From NCBI GenBank assembly GCA_023213395.1, contig CM041465.1, forward strand, positions 234,367,741 to 234,431,740: 64,000 nucleotides of DNA. The letters are read 5' to 3'. Each line of letters begins with the position of its first letter. The first letter of the stretch is position 1. Below, one piece after another: positions 53,456 to 64,000 of this stretch. Origin of the DNA: Cycas panzhihuaensis. Its lineage: Eukaryota; Plantae; Cycadophyta. The position numbers and the translations under genes were made by a program. The notes under the pieces are model-generated. The model was not told the DNA's origin. It made no database searches and was given only the letters and a program-made list of their open reading frames with translations.

Positions 53456-55802
53456 TGTGATCTAACAGGGGGAAGAACACATAAACACAACCAAACAATG
53501 GGTCCCTAGGGCATTAAAGGATCATGTGAGGATGGGCCTAATAAAATACCCCTTGTAGGGTGTTCATGCATCCCTTAGATGCTTTCATGAGATCTAAAAC
53601 AAGTTTTTTCATAATTATTTAAGGATTAATTGGTAACACTAGTATGTGCACATGTCTAATGTGGTTTAAAAGGGGTGCAAAACTATGGAAATCTAGTTAC
53701 TAAGCACATAACTAATGTAACTACATGCACTTTGTAATTACATGCATCTAGTAAATAATCTTAACTAACATGCATAATTTAGCCTTATGAGTGTGATGGA
53801 TTACAACAATTATGATCCTCTTTTTTTATTAGGCCCTTGTGTATACAAACAATCCTACTCAAAAGAAATATACTATGTGATGAAATTCATGATGGAAAGG
53901 AGTAAACATTATCCTTTTGAGGTTTTGTTTTCTTTTTTCTTACTTTTTTCTCTCATTTTTTTATGTTTTTCTTTTAGAAAATAAGAACTAAGTCCTATAA
54001 GACAAGGGTGGGGAGAGAGATAGAGAGAGAAAGAGATCATCTAAATAAACAAGTCATAAATGAGCCTATCTACCTCTGTCTCCACCTTTTTCCTTTACTT
54101 TTTATTTTTGGAAAAGAGAAAACAATAGTGAGATGGATTTTAGTTTTCTTTTAGAAGTGAAGGTGAGTAGGGTACCTAGAGGAACACTTAGTCTTTTGAG
54201 TTATATTTTTCACATGGTCTCCTTCCTCTCCATTCCACTAAAAAGTGCTCAAAATATTGTTAAACAAATGTGTAATATATATATATATATATATATATAT
54301 ATGCTAAAATTCTAAGGAGATTTGACAACATTTTTGCTTGCTAGATTGCTATTATGATGGAAAAAAGAATGCAAAGTGACACTAAAATTTATTAGAAAGC
54401 TTGAATCCACTTGAAACAAATCTTACCTTACTTACTCAACCTTGTGGTGAAAATCCAATAGCATGCAAGTTATGCAACAGACACTCTAATAGTCAAAAGA
54501 GAATTGAAGAGAGATGAAAAGTTGGTTTGGAAGGTTTTAGATCCTCCAAGATTCTCTAAACACTTACAATGGTCTCAATATGTTCAATTGTAATCACATC
54601 AAAGAGCATAGGCCACATAAAGAAAACAAGAGTTAAGGCTATGGAAAATATACCAAAACTTGCTGAGAAATTACTATCATGAAGATACAAACTATAGGCT
54701 TGGTGAGATAAATATTAGAGCCTAAAAAATAGCTCCTATATCTCCCAAGTATGATGATAAACTAAGTGCCAGTTGGTTGAACTTTCTTCCTACAAAGTCA
54801 ATTAACCCATAGACAACAAAATAAGTAAGACAAAAGGCAAGAACAAAGCTAGAAAGAGGTGAGTAAAGTAATAACTCACCTAAAATAAAAACGATAAATA
54901 AACTAAGAAATTACCTTACCAATGGAGTATTGGGGAGGAAAACATCATTTCAAATAATGAAAGTGAATCCAATGACTTAAATTCTTTGACTAAAGGATGC
55001 ATTAATATAACTAGTTACGTAATCTATAAGCTAAGATAAAATGCAAGTGTGTAGATTAATACTAACTCCCAAGTCTAATAGAAATTTGGCAGCATAATGG
55101 TAGTACCATCATATAAGTTCCTAAGCTCCCCTTCTAATAGAAAAATGAGAGTGGAAATAAGGATCTTTGATGTGACAAGGCCCCTTGGTCTGAGGAAAAC
55201 TGATAAGGGAGGATTTATGATTGACAAATACCATCCTTAGATTACACAGGTGTAATAAATACATTATCTATCACCCTTAAGATTTTTTTTAGGTAGGTGA
55301 TAGTCATATTGTAAAGTTTTTCATGGTGCCATGAATAACTTTGTAGTGCTACTTTGCTCTTATAATAACAATAATATGTTGGCTAGAAATCAAAGTGGGT
55401 AAGTATCAATTAATATGTCATATAAAAATAATCATAGGATGAGCTAGAAAGAAAGAAAACAATGAAAATTGAGGCAAAAATAAAGGTATAATTAGGAGAA
55501 TGATGAAAAGATAAGATAAATGACAAGGTAAATGGGTCGACAAAACTCTGTAAGAGTACTAAACAACCTTTATTAACTTGACAAGCCAAATAAGTGGACT
55601 CAACAACCATTGACCAAGGCTAAACTCATCATCAACTAAAGAAGAAACATGGCTCACCAAGCCAATAAGTATGCAAACAAAAGCACACATCTATAATGTA
55701 ATGATGTTACATGATAAGCAATGAATAAGATAGAAAGGTGGATATATGCCTTCACTTACATATCATTGTGATGTTCATGTTATTCCTAGCTTATAGGAAA
55801 TA
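53456..55802 (-). repeat. 5' LTR of element B (~2.35 kb)
   Basis: Ends CA next to an Arg-type PBS. Its start (TATTTCCTATAAG, TG decayed) is defined by where similarity to the PPT-adjacent copy at 38536 stops. Confidence 0.75.
54275..54302. repeat. (AT)14 microsatellite
   Basis: Pure AT run inside the LTR of element B. Confidence 0.95.
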
Positions 55803-55864
55803 GAATATATTAGAGAGGAGTTATGTATTATGGATAAGGTTGATGAGAGTACTCAAGTCTAGGA

Positions 55865-58430
55865 CCATGGACGCGCGTCTATGGGATAGCTACCTAACTA
55901 ATAGGTGTGGTGAGAGTGGGTGGTGATATGACTGAAGGTGAAACCTATGAGGAAAGTAATTACCACGCAGAGCGCCCCGTGCACCGGAGTGCGAGTTCAG
56001 GATTTGTAATGGAATATGGCTACTATCAGGTGATCCTCCACCACTCTGAATAAAGGGTGAAGATGCGTAGGGAAAACCTGGGGTTGCCCTAGGGATAGAA
56101 CCCTCCCACCCTTGGGAGGCCAGAAGGGGAAGGAGAAGATCCAAGGGCAATAGATCAAGAGTGTGCAAAAGTAAACTAACAGGGTACACAAGTAATGTGG
56201 GAGGCAAGAAACTTGTGCGGTTAAGAAGAGAAGAGGAAAGGTAGAGGAGAGGGATTCCTATAAACTTTCTTATAGATGGCAAAGGTGTGTATAGTAAGAC
56301 AAATGAAACATAACCAAATGCAAGACCAAATTTCCCTTTTATTTTCCAATGTGCTAATTACTAAAGGAGAAATCAAAAGGAAAAAAGGGGTAGCAAGGTG
56401 GAGTGAAATGTGCACCTGGACCGAGGGCGTGCGTGACGGAGGCCTTCTTGAAGGGCACCAAGCTTCTCCACGTGGCGCGTTAGATGCGGGATGTTGCGGC
56501 GGATTGAAAAGGGGCTCCCTTACCTTCCCTGGAAAAATAAATGTGATGCCAAAGAAAGGAAGGAAGCAAAAGCTAGTAAATGAAGAAATACGAAAGTACA
56601 ATGTATACAAGGGTACTTACCGGCAATGGGGCTAACGGACGATATCCTCTACGCTCCCTAAGTACCTGCAAGCAATGGAAATTTCTCCCTTCCCGGAGGA
56701 AGCATACTAACATGCAATACAAGATTCTAACAATACATGTCTAAATAGTACAAATGTGAATCTAAATACACATGCGTTAGTATCAATCCAACAATGAAAG
56801 TACACAAAAGAGAGTAACCAAAGCGAAAGTAAATGATAAGTGTGCCTCAGAGTGGCCCACCTCCCGCAAATGGTGCCCTAACCTCCCCTAAGAGCCATAA
56901 GGCAGCGAGGGCAAGGCCAAGAGCAAGGGCTGGAAACGGCAACGAGGAGGCAAAGAGGGGCCAAGGAAAACCTACGGCAAACTGGGATGCTATGAAGAGC
57001 AAACCGGGCAGCCGGGAAGAAAGTTGGGCAAAGACTAGTGGTTAGGACTTATGAATGTTACCCAAACCTGAACAAACACCCTCAAATCAGTGCTACAACT
57101 TGTGATAGCACTGGTTTTAGTAACCAAAAGAGGGCCTACGAACCCTTGCTTGCATGCCAAGGGCAGCATGGGGCGAGAGGGAGGCTTTATAGGGCTTAGA
57201 GCTGCTTAGGGAGCGTGGAAGGTGGTACAGAATCCACCCAGCTCCTCCCAAAAGCCTATGCCAACCCTCAACATCGCTGCCTTGAGCAGCAAACGTAGGC
57301 AAGAGGCATAAAGGAAGTGGCAAAACAGCCCACCAAAAGGAAAAGAACCAAACTCACAAGGACAAGCAAGGAGCAGGCAAGATGGATCATTAATATCACA
57401 AAGAAAACAATGTAAATCAAGAGATACCTGAGTGCGGGAGGCAAGAGACTTGCCTCAGCCAAGGAGCAGCGAAGAGGGGATGAGAAATCAGCCCAGATCT
57501 CGAGGCATGATGGGTTTTAGACCTGCTAAGGAGGTTGGGAGGAAACACACACTTGGAGCACTTGTGGGTGCACAGGTAAAGATCTACTGGAACCTCTCCA
57601 AGGGGCCCTCTCCAAGGTGCATGAGGGGCTGGGAGAATGTCCTAGCCACACCAAAGGAGAGCAGGGCATTGTAGGAGGGACACAGGTCTTGTGATAGCAG
57701 CAGTGAGCAGTGGGAAGAAGAGCGAGCACTGTGTGTTTCCTTGAGGAGCAATTCAAGAATGAGCCAAAAAGTTCCAAAAATGAGTAATTCATGCCTTAGA
57801 TAGCCAACCTAAACCCTAAAACGAACGATTAGGGCGTGGCTAGGAGAGATTCAAGTCGCGAGCCACGTGGCAGTTTTGCAGTAAATGCGAAATTGCCACG
57901 GCGGAATTAAAAAATAAATTATGGCGTCATCTTTGCAAACTCTTGATGATCGCGAATATTCGTGATGCAGATCTAGAGAGAGAAATAGGCCTGGCCAGCC
58001 AGCCTAGGCTGGGGGCAGATGGAAAAAGGGGCCAATGGGGGCTGAGACACCTACCCAGGGGCAAACAAGCCAACAAACGGGTCCAATAGAGTAAAAATAG
58101 GACTTAAGGAACGTGGCAGGTCAACCAAAAGATGACGGGTCATCATACAAGCTGAGGTGGCACAAACCTAGTGGATCTTAAAGTGAGGAGGGCAGATGCG
58201 GGAAGTGAAGTGGCCACCAGGGTGCCACACTCGCTGAGAGTGTGCCCCTGCTATAGTCGTCATAGGCTAGAATAAGTGTGGACGACGATAAAGTCGCCCA
58301 CGAAGCCACACACATGCAGACATGCAAGCAAACACTCCTCAAATGAAAGCGATGACAATGCGAGAAACATACCTGCACTTACCTGAGTCGGTGATTTCGT
58401 ATCCATTCCCGGAAGCCAGGAAACAGACCA
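55865..58430. promoter_or_regulatory. CpG/CHG-retaining GC-rich island, promoter- or LTR-like
   Basis: 10 CpG in 56401-56520 versus none seen in 54001-54840; telobox AAACCCTAA (57811-57819); G-boxes GCCACGTGGC (57862-57871) and CCACGTGG (~56468-56475); minus-strand CTATAAA (~57186-57192); several minus-strand GT-AG splice signals. Confidence 0.55.
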
Positions 58431-59642
58431 TAAAATGAATTAAGCCCTCTAATAAGTCTAAGAATCTACTACTAGTGAATGTATTAGTCAAATGAATATA
58501 AATGTGAGAGCTCCCCATTGTGCCTCATACTCTGGCATAAGTATTATATGTGGGACATGGGGGAGTAGATGGTATAGGCCTTTATGATATAGGAAAATAG
58601 GTGATCTCGCACTATGTGTTATGTTTTGAGGAGGTGAGGTATAAAGATTCCTTTGATTAGGGTAAGAGACACCATAAGAAGAGTTGGATCCACTAGTAAG
58701 TGGAACCTATGGAGTGATGTGGATGCTTGATATGGGTATGCTAAGCTAAACAATTACTCTTAAGTAGAACTCTCAAGTAGGACATCAAATGAAATAGAGG
58801 GCATAGGAGGAATGTGCACTCCTCCTTACATCATATTAATGAGAAATTAAGATTGAGAGTGAACTGACCTAACATCTCTTATCTCATTAGGTGGGACAAG
58901 AAGTGCCTTTAAGGTAGGAGGATGAGAAGGACAAGGAGAAGGTGGAATATTGGATGTGTGGGGATGCTTAGCATGAGGGGGTTGATGGTCCTAAGAAGGA
59001 GGATCAGGTTGCTCTTAATGAGGGTGAAGGAGAAGATGTGAAGATGATGTCATGAGGTGGGTGTCTTGATGAAAATGATCTTAATATCTTGGGATGGGGA
59101 TAGCAGAAGGAATCTTAGTGAGAACAGGCTTTGAAAATGAATGAACAACATAAACAATATGATCATCTTCTTAAATAGCAGAGTAGACTACCAAGGATGG
59201 ATTCCCCAAGGTGGTTGGGAATCTTCAGGATAACCTTGCTCTATAGGGACTTCATATAAATCAATAGAGCTCTCAAGAGGGTAGACATATGTCTTATAGT
59301 CCTTATACCTAGGATAGTCTTCATGAGGTTCATACTCTTAATAGTAATCATACTCAAATTCCTAAGGAGGGAGGCCTTGTTACCTCCTTGATATTTTAGG
59401 CTTAGTCTAGTGAGGAGGGATATCCATTAGAATGGGGACACAAAATTATTAATGTAAGATCAAAGAGAGGATGAATCCTAGGTAAGAATAAAGAGATTTA
59501 TCTAATCTAAGAAGCAATAAAGTAGAAAGAAAAGCCAATTAAGTGAAATTATTTTGTAAAGATCATAAGTAAATGTGAAAGATGTGGGTCTAGAATATGC
59601 AACTAGGAAGCTTTAAAAATTATCAAGGATGGTCACTAGAAA

Positions 59643-62476
59643 TGGTGCATTGACTTAGGACGAACCACCTATTGAATCTATAAGAGAGTGAATCAAAGGT
59701 AATGGGTCTAAAGGATGGATCTTTTCACCAAACTCTAAGAAAAGTTCTTCTTTATTAATGCACTTGATTGAAGGTGAATGAGTCAAACTAATTTAAACCT
59801 TAAGCTAATTCACACATGCAAGATAAATTCAAATCTAGATCTAGTCATATAAGAGTACACCAAATAAATCAAATGAAATAAACAAAGGCCTCTTTACTTT
59901 GGGAAAAGTATAAATAACCTTTCAACAAGTAGAAGTAGCATTGGGGGTCCTTACCCCAAAATAAATATCCTAAGTTTATCCAACTACTACCTAAGTAGCC
60001 CATTTAAGGAAAGATAACCTATCTTAGACCTATATTTCCACCCAAATGAGAGTAAACTATGTCGTATGACCTATCTCATGGGGACTAAATAATGTCAAGC
60101 CAAATCTGCATGAAAATCTAGTATGTAATTTTAATTTGAATGAAGACTAGATTGAGCAAATATATATTCAATTAAACACCTAGATCATGCAAAAAATAAA
60201 TGTGATTCCTTCCATTTTTTTTGGTGGTTTTTGTTTATATGACTTGAAAGTGAAAGAAAAAATTAAACACACAAGTAACAAAGGAGACTAGGATCTTCTA
60301 TTGCACTTATGTTTATCCTAGTTACTGCACTTTCACTTTCCTTTTTTAATCTTTTAAATTTACTCAATACTAAATAAAAGAACAAAAAGAAGTAAGTAAT
60401 CATATAATCACAAGCTCTTGATTCTAAACCCAATTAATAATTTCTTAACCTTTTCTTTTTCTTATATGAGAAAACAAGGAAGAAGAGTTAAATAATAAAT
60501 TAACCAATAAATGAAAGAAATAAAATAATCTTTCTTTTCTTTTCCTTTCATTTCTCTTTGCTAGTTTATGAAAGTTTGAAGGTTAGAGAAAAGGATTACA
60601 AGTACTAGAATGAAAGATGAGTACCTTGAAGTAAGGATAAAGAGTAATGTATTTACTTTCTTTAATTTCTTCCCCCATTGGAATGTTGCTCATTAATCAA
60701 AGGAATGGTGGTGTAGATATTGTAATTATTACTTTAAGGAAAGGATTTTCAAATGAAACTTTATAATCTTATTAAAATTCAAATAGTGATTATGTTGCAC
60801 ATGAGGAACCTTACTTGAAGAAATAAACTAGTTTGGTCTGCTTATAGCTTTATGCAAGAGGGTTTGAGTATTCCTTTTATTTAAAAGATCTATTCCTCCT
60901 TATCATTCACCTCCTTACAAGACTGTAACTTGATTTGTTTTGACCCCTTTTAATAGGAATGAACTCATTGAGAGTTACAAATCAAAATAAGAAGGAGATA
61001 TATATGTGTGGTTGCATAATAAAGGACTACAATCAAGAATTAAAATTTGTTCAATACTTGAAGGTATCCTCCTTATGATTTTACCAAGTTCATGGAGGCT
61101 TGGAAATCAAAACTACTTTGATTCCAAGCCAAAGCATTGAGATAAACTACAAAGAACAAGTAAACTATACTAAAAATGAAAGAAAAATGACAATGAAAAA
61201 ACATTTTAGCTCTTTCTTTAGATGAATTAAAACAAACTAATTATGATTTTTAAAATAAACAACTAAACCACAAAAGAGTTGCCTTTAATCTATTAAAAAA
61301 AAAAAAATCAATGTTATATGCCTCACATTGATGCTTTTCTTTTGTCCAACAAACTACCATCAAGCTCCAAGCATCATGAGAATGATAAGTTTGATAATAA
61401 AGGATGTTGTAGGAAAGAAAGATGCAAATAAGAAACTAGCTAGAACTATAAAAAATGACCCTAACAAATGAGTGGGAAGTAAGTCTAAGAACTAGATAAC
61501 AACTAAAGTGAAATTGGACCTCTAATTCCTCCAATAGAATCAATAATTTCCTAAGAAAACAATCTTCAATCTACTTCCAAGTAGCAATAAAAACACTAGT
61601 AATGGCTAACAAAAATTAGGAAGTATTTCATTACATCGATTACCCTCTCCCTTTTCTCTAAAAATATATAGGAATTTATGAAAAAACATAGGGGGAGGAA
61701 TGAGAAGGAAATCCATGGTTTGGACCCATAGTTTTGGTAAATTTCAATAACCAAATCTTGAAATGGAAGAAGGTGAGACAATTATGAGTCAATCAAGGTA
61801 GGTGGGACAATGCCAAACTCTAATTCTGAGTAGGTATTATATCAAAAATCATGAAAAATCAACATTCTATATTTAAAAAGCACACATATGAGAGTAAAAA
61901 ATGTGATTATTGATATTTTATTTATAAAGCTATGTTTTTTATTTTGTAAAATATGCGATAAGATAGACAAGCTAGAAAAATAGATATAAGAGGTAGTTTT
62001 GATAAAAAGTGAGTTATTAGAGGCTCTAAAATCATTAAACACTTTAATGAGAGGTGAATCATTATGGGATGATGTCAAAAAATAACAAAACCATAGTCAA
62101 AATCAATCAAAAAGTTGAATCATACTAAGCAAGAAGCTAACCAAAGAAGGGAAACTTAGAGCAACTTAGAAGCAATATTAGATAAGATTTTTAAAATACA
62201 CCATAGTATCAGTCATCAAAAAATAAGATCATTGCCATCATACCAAAATAGTCATCTAATTGACATTCCACATCCTAAAATCAAATGATGAGTAATCAAG
62301 CATGCCCAAACAAGAGACTAGACCATGAAACGGTCAACCAAAAGTAATCCATTAACTAATCATGCTAACTAAGTGATATACATTACATAAGTGGAAGTCA
62401 TAACTATCAAGAAACTTAAGTAAACAAGCCTAGATATGAACTTAATAGTGCTAAGAGGGCTAGTTATGGTGAAATA
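59643..62476 (-). repeat. 5' LTR of family A element (~2.8 kb)
   Basis: Collinear with 26543-29356 and 9657-12122; adjacent PBS-like motif and TSD. Confidence 0.87.
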
Positions 62477-63825
62477 TCATCCAATGTACTCACTAGCAAA
62501 AAAGTCTTCAAATCCCTTGTATATTTCTCAAGCTAAAGAAAATAGATAATGAGAGGCTAGTTTATGTGAAAAATATACAAAAAAATAGACCTATGATCAT
62601 GCAAGAGTATGTAAATCTTGGTGTATGGTCTTAATCATTGATCTTGATCTTTTTGTAGAAAATGACTTAGACTCAGAGTAGGATTTATGTGATAACTTCC
62701 CTCATAAATCCTTCTCTATCCCTAAATCCTAAGTATGTTTTCCCACTCTCTCTTCAATATTCTTCTCTAAATCCCTTAAGATTTAAGTCATACTATATAA
62801 AACTCCCCTAACCATTGTTATTAATAGTAATACCTCACTTATGTTTATTGATATTTCCCTTACTCAACAATGGAATTTGTATATTATTCCTAAACTAGGC
62901 ATTACTTGCTCCCTCCCTAGCTATCGTGTGCTCTATTATTTAGGAATCATCAAAATCCTTTATATTTAAATAAGGATATATCATTTAGTATTTGATTTCT
63001 ATTTTATCTCCATTGGTGGATTATATGGCATCTTAGGTATCAAATAACTATAAACTCTAGGCACTACAACACCAATATCTCATGTACCAATCCATTTATA
63101 ATTTTTAAAGATCATCTTGGGAAGATTTATAAGCTCCATGGAATTCCACCAAATCCTATTAAGAAACACCAAAAAAATAGTTTAGGATTTATAGCTCGTC
63201 TTAATAACATTAAAGCCTCTCCTTCTATACACTTCAATAGCCTATAACTCTTCATTCCACTTCATAATATCCTCTATACTTCTTATTTCCATGAAACACC
63301 ATCCACCACTTCCCAAGCTTTACTCCCTATCCTTAATAAAGAATAAGTTATTAATGGATTCTTTGACAACATTTAAGCTCTACACAACATCTCTAAGGTT
63401 GAATCTAAACTAGAAGTAATAAAATAAAAACCAATAGTAATGTTTGTTTACAAATCTCATTGTCATCTCAACTTCAAGGACTTAGCATCTTAGGAGAGGG
63501 CACATGTGATATAATTATCCTAACTATGGGATCTACCTATTAGCATATGTAATCATATGATATAATAGTTAGTAATAGCTCTTAATATGTATATGAGTTG
63601 CTTATTCCTCTAATAGTATTCTTATAGAGAGGCCACTCTTATCTATATGAGGCCTCATAAATATAGAGTAGGAATTATCATGTGTTTGAGATCTTATATA
63701 CTTAGTATATCTCGTTACTACATTTGGCTCTCTTTGGTGCTCTATTATATATTTAGTTTCCTTCTAGTAATAAAAGTTATTTTTTGCATCTATGTTCTCT
63801 TTATTGTATCCTTTAAGTTATTTCA

Positions 63826-64000
63826 TTAGCCTACTTTTTAATGATTGATTATGATAGGTATGTCCCATTATAGATGACACTATTTATACCTTATGGCATA
63901 TGACCATATAAATTACTATACTTTGTAATTACTTATCAAGTTAAACATGGTTGATGGATTACCTTTAATGTAGAAAATTAATAGAATTTGTAATATATGT
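63826..64000 (+). pseudogene. Continuation of the outer Copia: GAG-pre-integrase domain remnant
   Basis: DDTIYTLWH...HINYYTL*LL...LNMVDGLPLM matches the LWHxRLGHxN...MVxGLP motif that normally follows the segment ending at 24888. Confidence 0.75.

Larger units (their letters stand above)
32610..55802 (-). mobile_element. Ogre/Tat-like Gypsy element B (gag + protease, no detectable RT/RH/IN), carrying two Copia insertions
   Basis: 5' LTR 53456-55802 ends ...GATCACA; PBS rc 53432-53450 TAGTGACTATACTAGGGAC is a 14/19 match to the tRNA-Arg-type Ogre PBS TGGCGACTCTGCTGGGGAC; gag TPKFEGTSS*DPIGHIMAF (~51845-51900); protease RIVIDNGSLVNAMP (~42740-42780) and YNLLLGWP*L (~42545-42575); PPT AAGGGGGTAG at rc 38537-38546; partial 3' LTR 38536-37815 plus 32996-~32610. 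Confidence 0.78.
26543..62476 (-). mobile_element. Family A long-LTR retroelement (probably Tat/Athila-related Gypsy) containing nested insertions
   Basis: LTRs 59643-62476 (5', decayed PBS TAGTGACCATCC at rc 59627-59638) and 26543-29356 (3', PPT AAGGGGGTAAA at rc 29357-29367); perfect 5-bp TSD TCATC (26538-26542 and 62477-62481); LTRs roughly 80% similar by eye. No recognisable RT or IN. Confidence 0.85.
24889..63825 (+). mobile_element. Chromovirus-like Gypsy derivative (gag + protease, lacking the RT/RH/IN core), split by the family A insertion; own sequence ~24889-26542 plus 62477-63825 (~3 kb)
   Basis: Diverged LTRs 24889-~25210 (TGTGGCATAGTTATCCTAAC) and 63505-~63825 (TGTGATATAATTATCCTAAC); PPT AGGAGAGGGCACA before 63505; gag HYWINKVKSYF (ORF 25844-26149) and DMYVSSLKDHI (~26340); protease end ISIGGLYGILGIK*L*TLG (~63005-63062). 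No TSD found. Confidence 0.78.

Noticed and set aside
55890-58378. Host protein-coding gene from the many short ORFs in the GC-rich island
   Set aside because: The ORFs overlap on both strands, have no recognisable domains and are expected from GC content; predicted exons do not join into an open frame.
53456-58611. A single 5.1 kb Ogre LTR including the CpG island
   Set aside because: Similarity to the PPT-adjacent 3' LTR copy (38536) ends at 55802, which places the LTR B boundary there.

Overview
AT-rich, heavily deaminated (CpG/CHG-depleted) plant intergenic or heterochromatic DNA made almost entirely of LTR retrotransposons. It probably comes from a large-genome vascular plant such as a gymnosperm or fern; that taxon call is an inference. 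I found no intact host gene, RNA gene or CRISPR array, and all coding remnants carry stops or frameshifts. From left to right: (i) a non-chromovirus Ty3/Gypsy (+, 1-~9013) with a ~1.3 kb 21-bp palindromic tandem array and an extra ORF remnant between pol and the 3' LTR; (ii) a 2.5 kb LTR plus PBS of 'family A' (-, 9657-12122); (iii) a complete Reina-like chromovirus (-, 12688-18391, TSD ATAAA); (iv) a non-autonomous Copia derivative (19389-23600); (v) a five-level nest filling 23.7-64 kb. The nest runs: outer Copia > gag/protease-only chromovirus-like Gypsy (24889-63825) > family A long-LTR element (26543-62476, perfect TSD TCATC) > Ogre/Tat-like gag/protease-only element B (~32610-55802) > two Copia elements (32997-37814 and 43158-50702). 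The most unusual features are a ~2.6 kb CpG-retaining island (55.9-58.4 kb) with a telobox, G-boxes, palindromes and splice signals inside the decayed nest, a ~20-nt motif repeated about 20 times in the 3' regions of elements A and B, and recurrent hairpins near Copia 3' ends. I cannot demonstrate a wholly new biological system; these are candidates to test.
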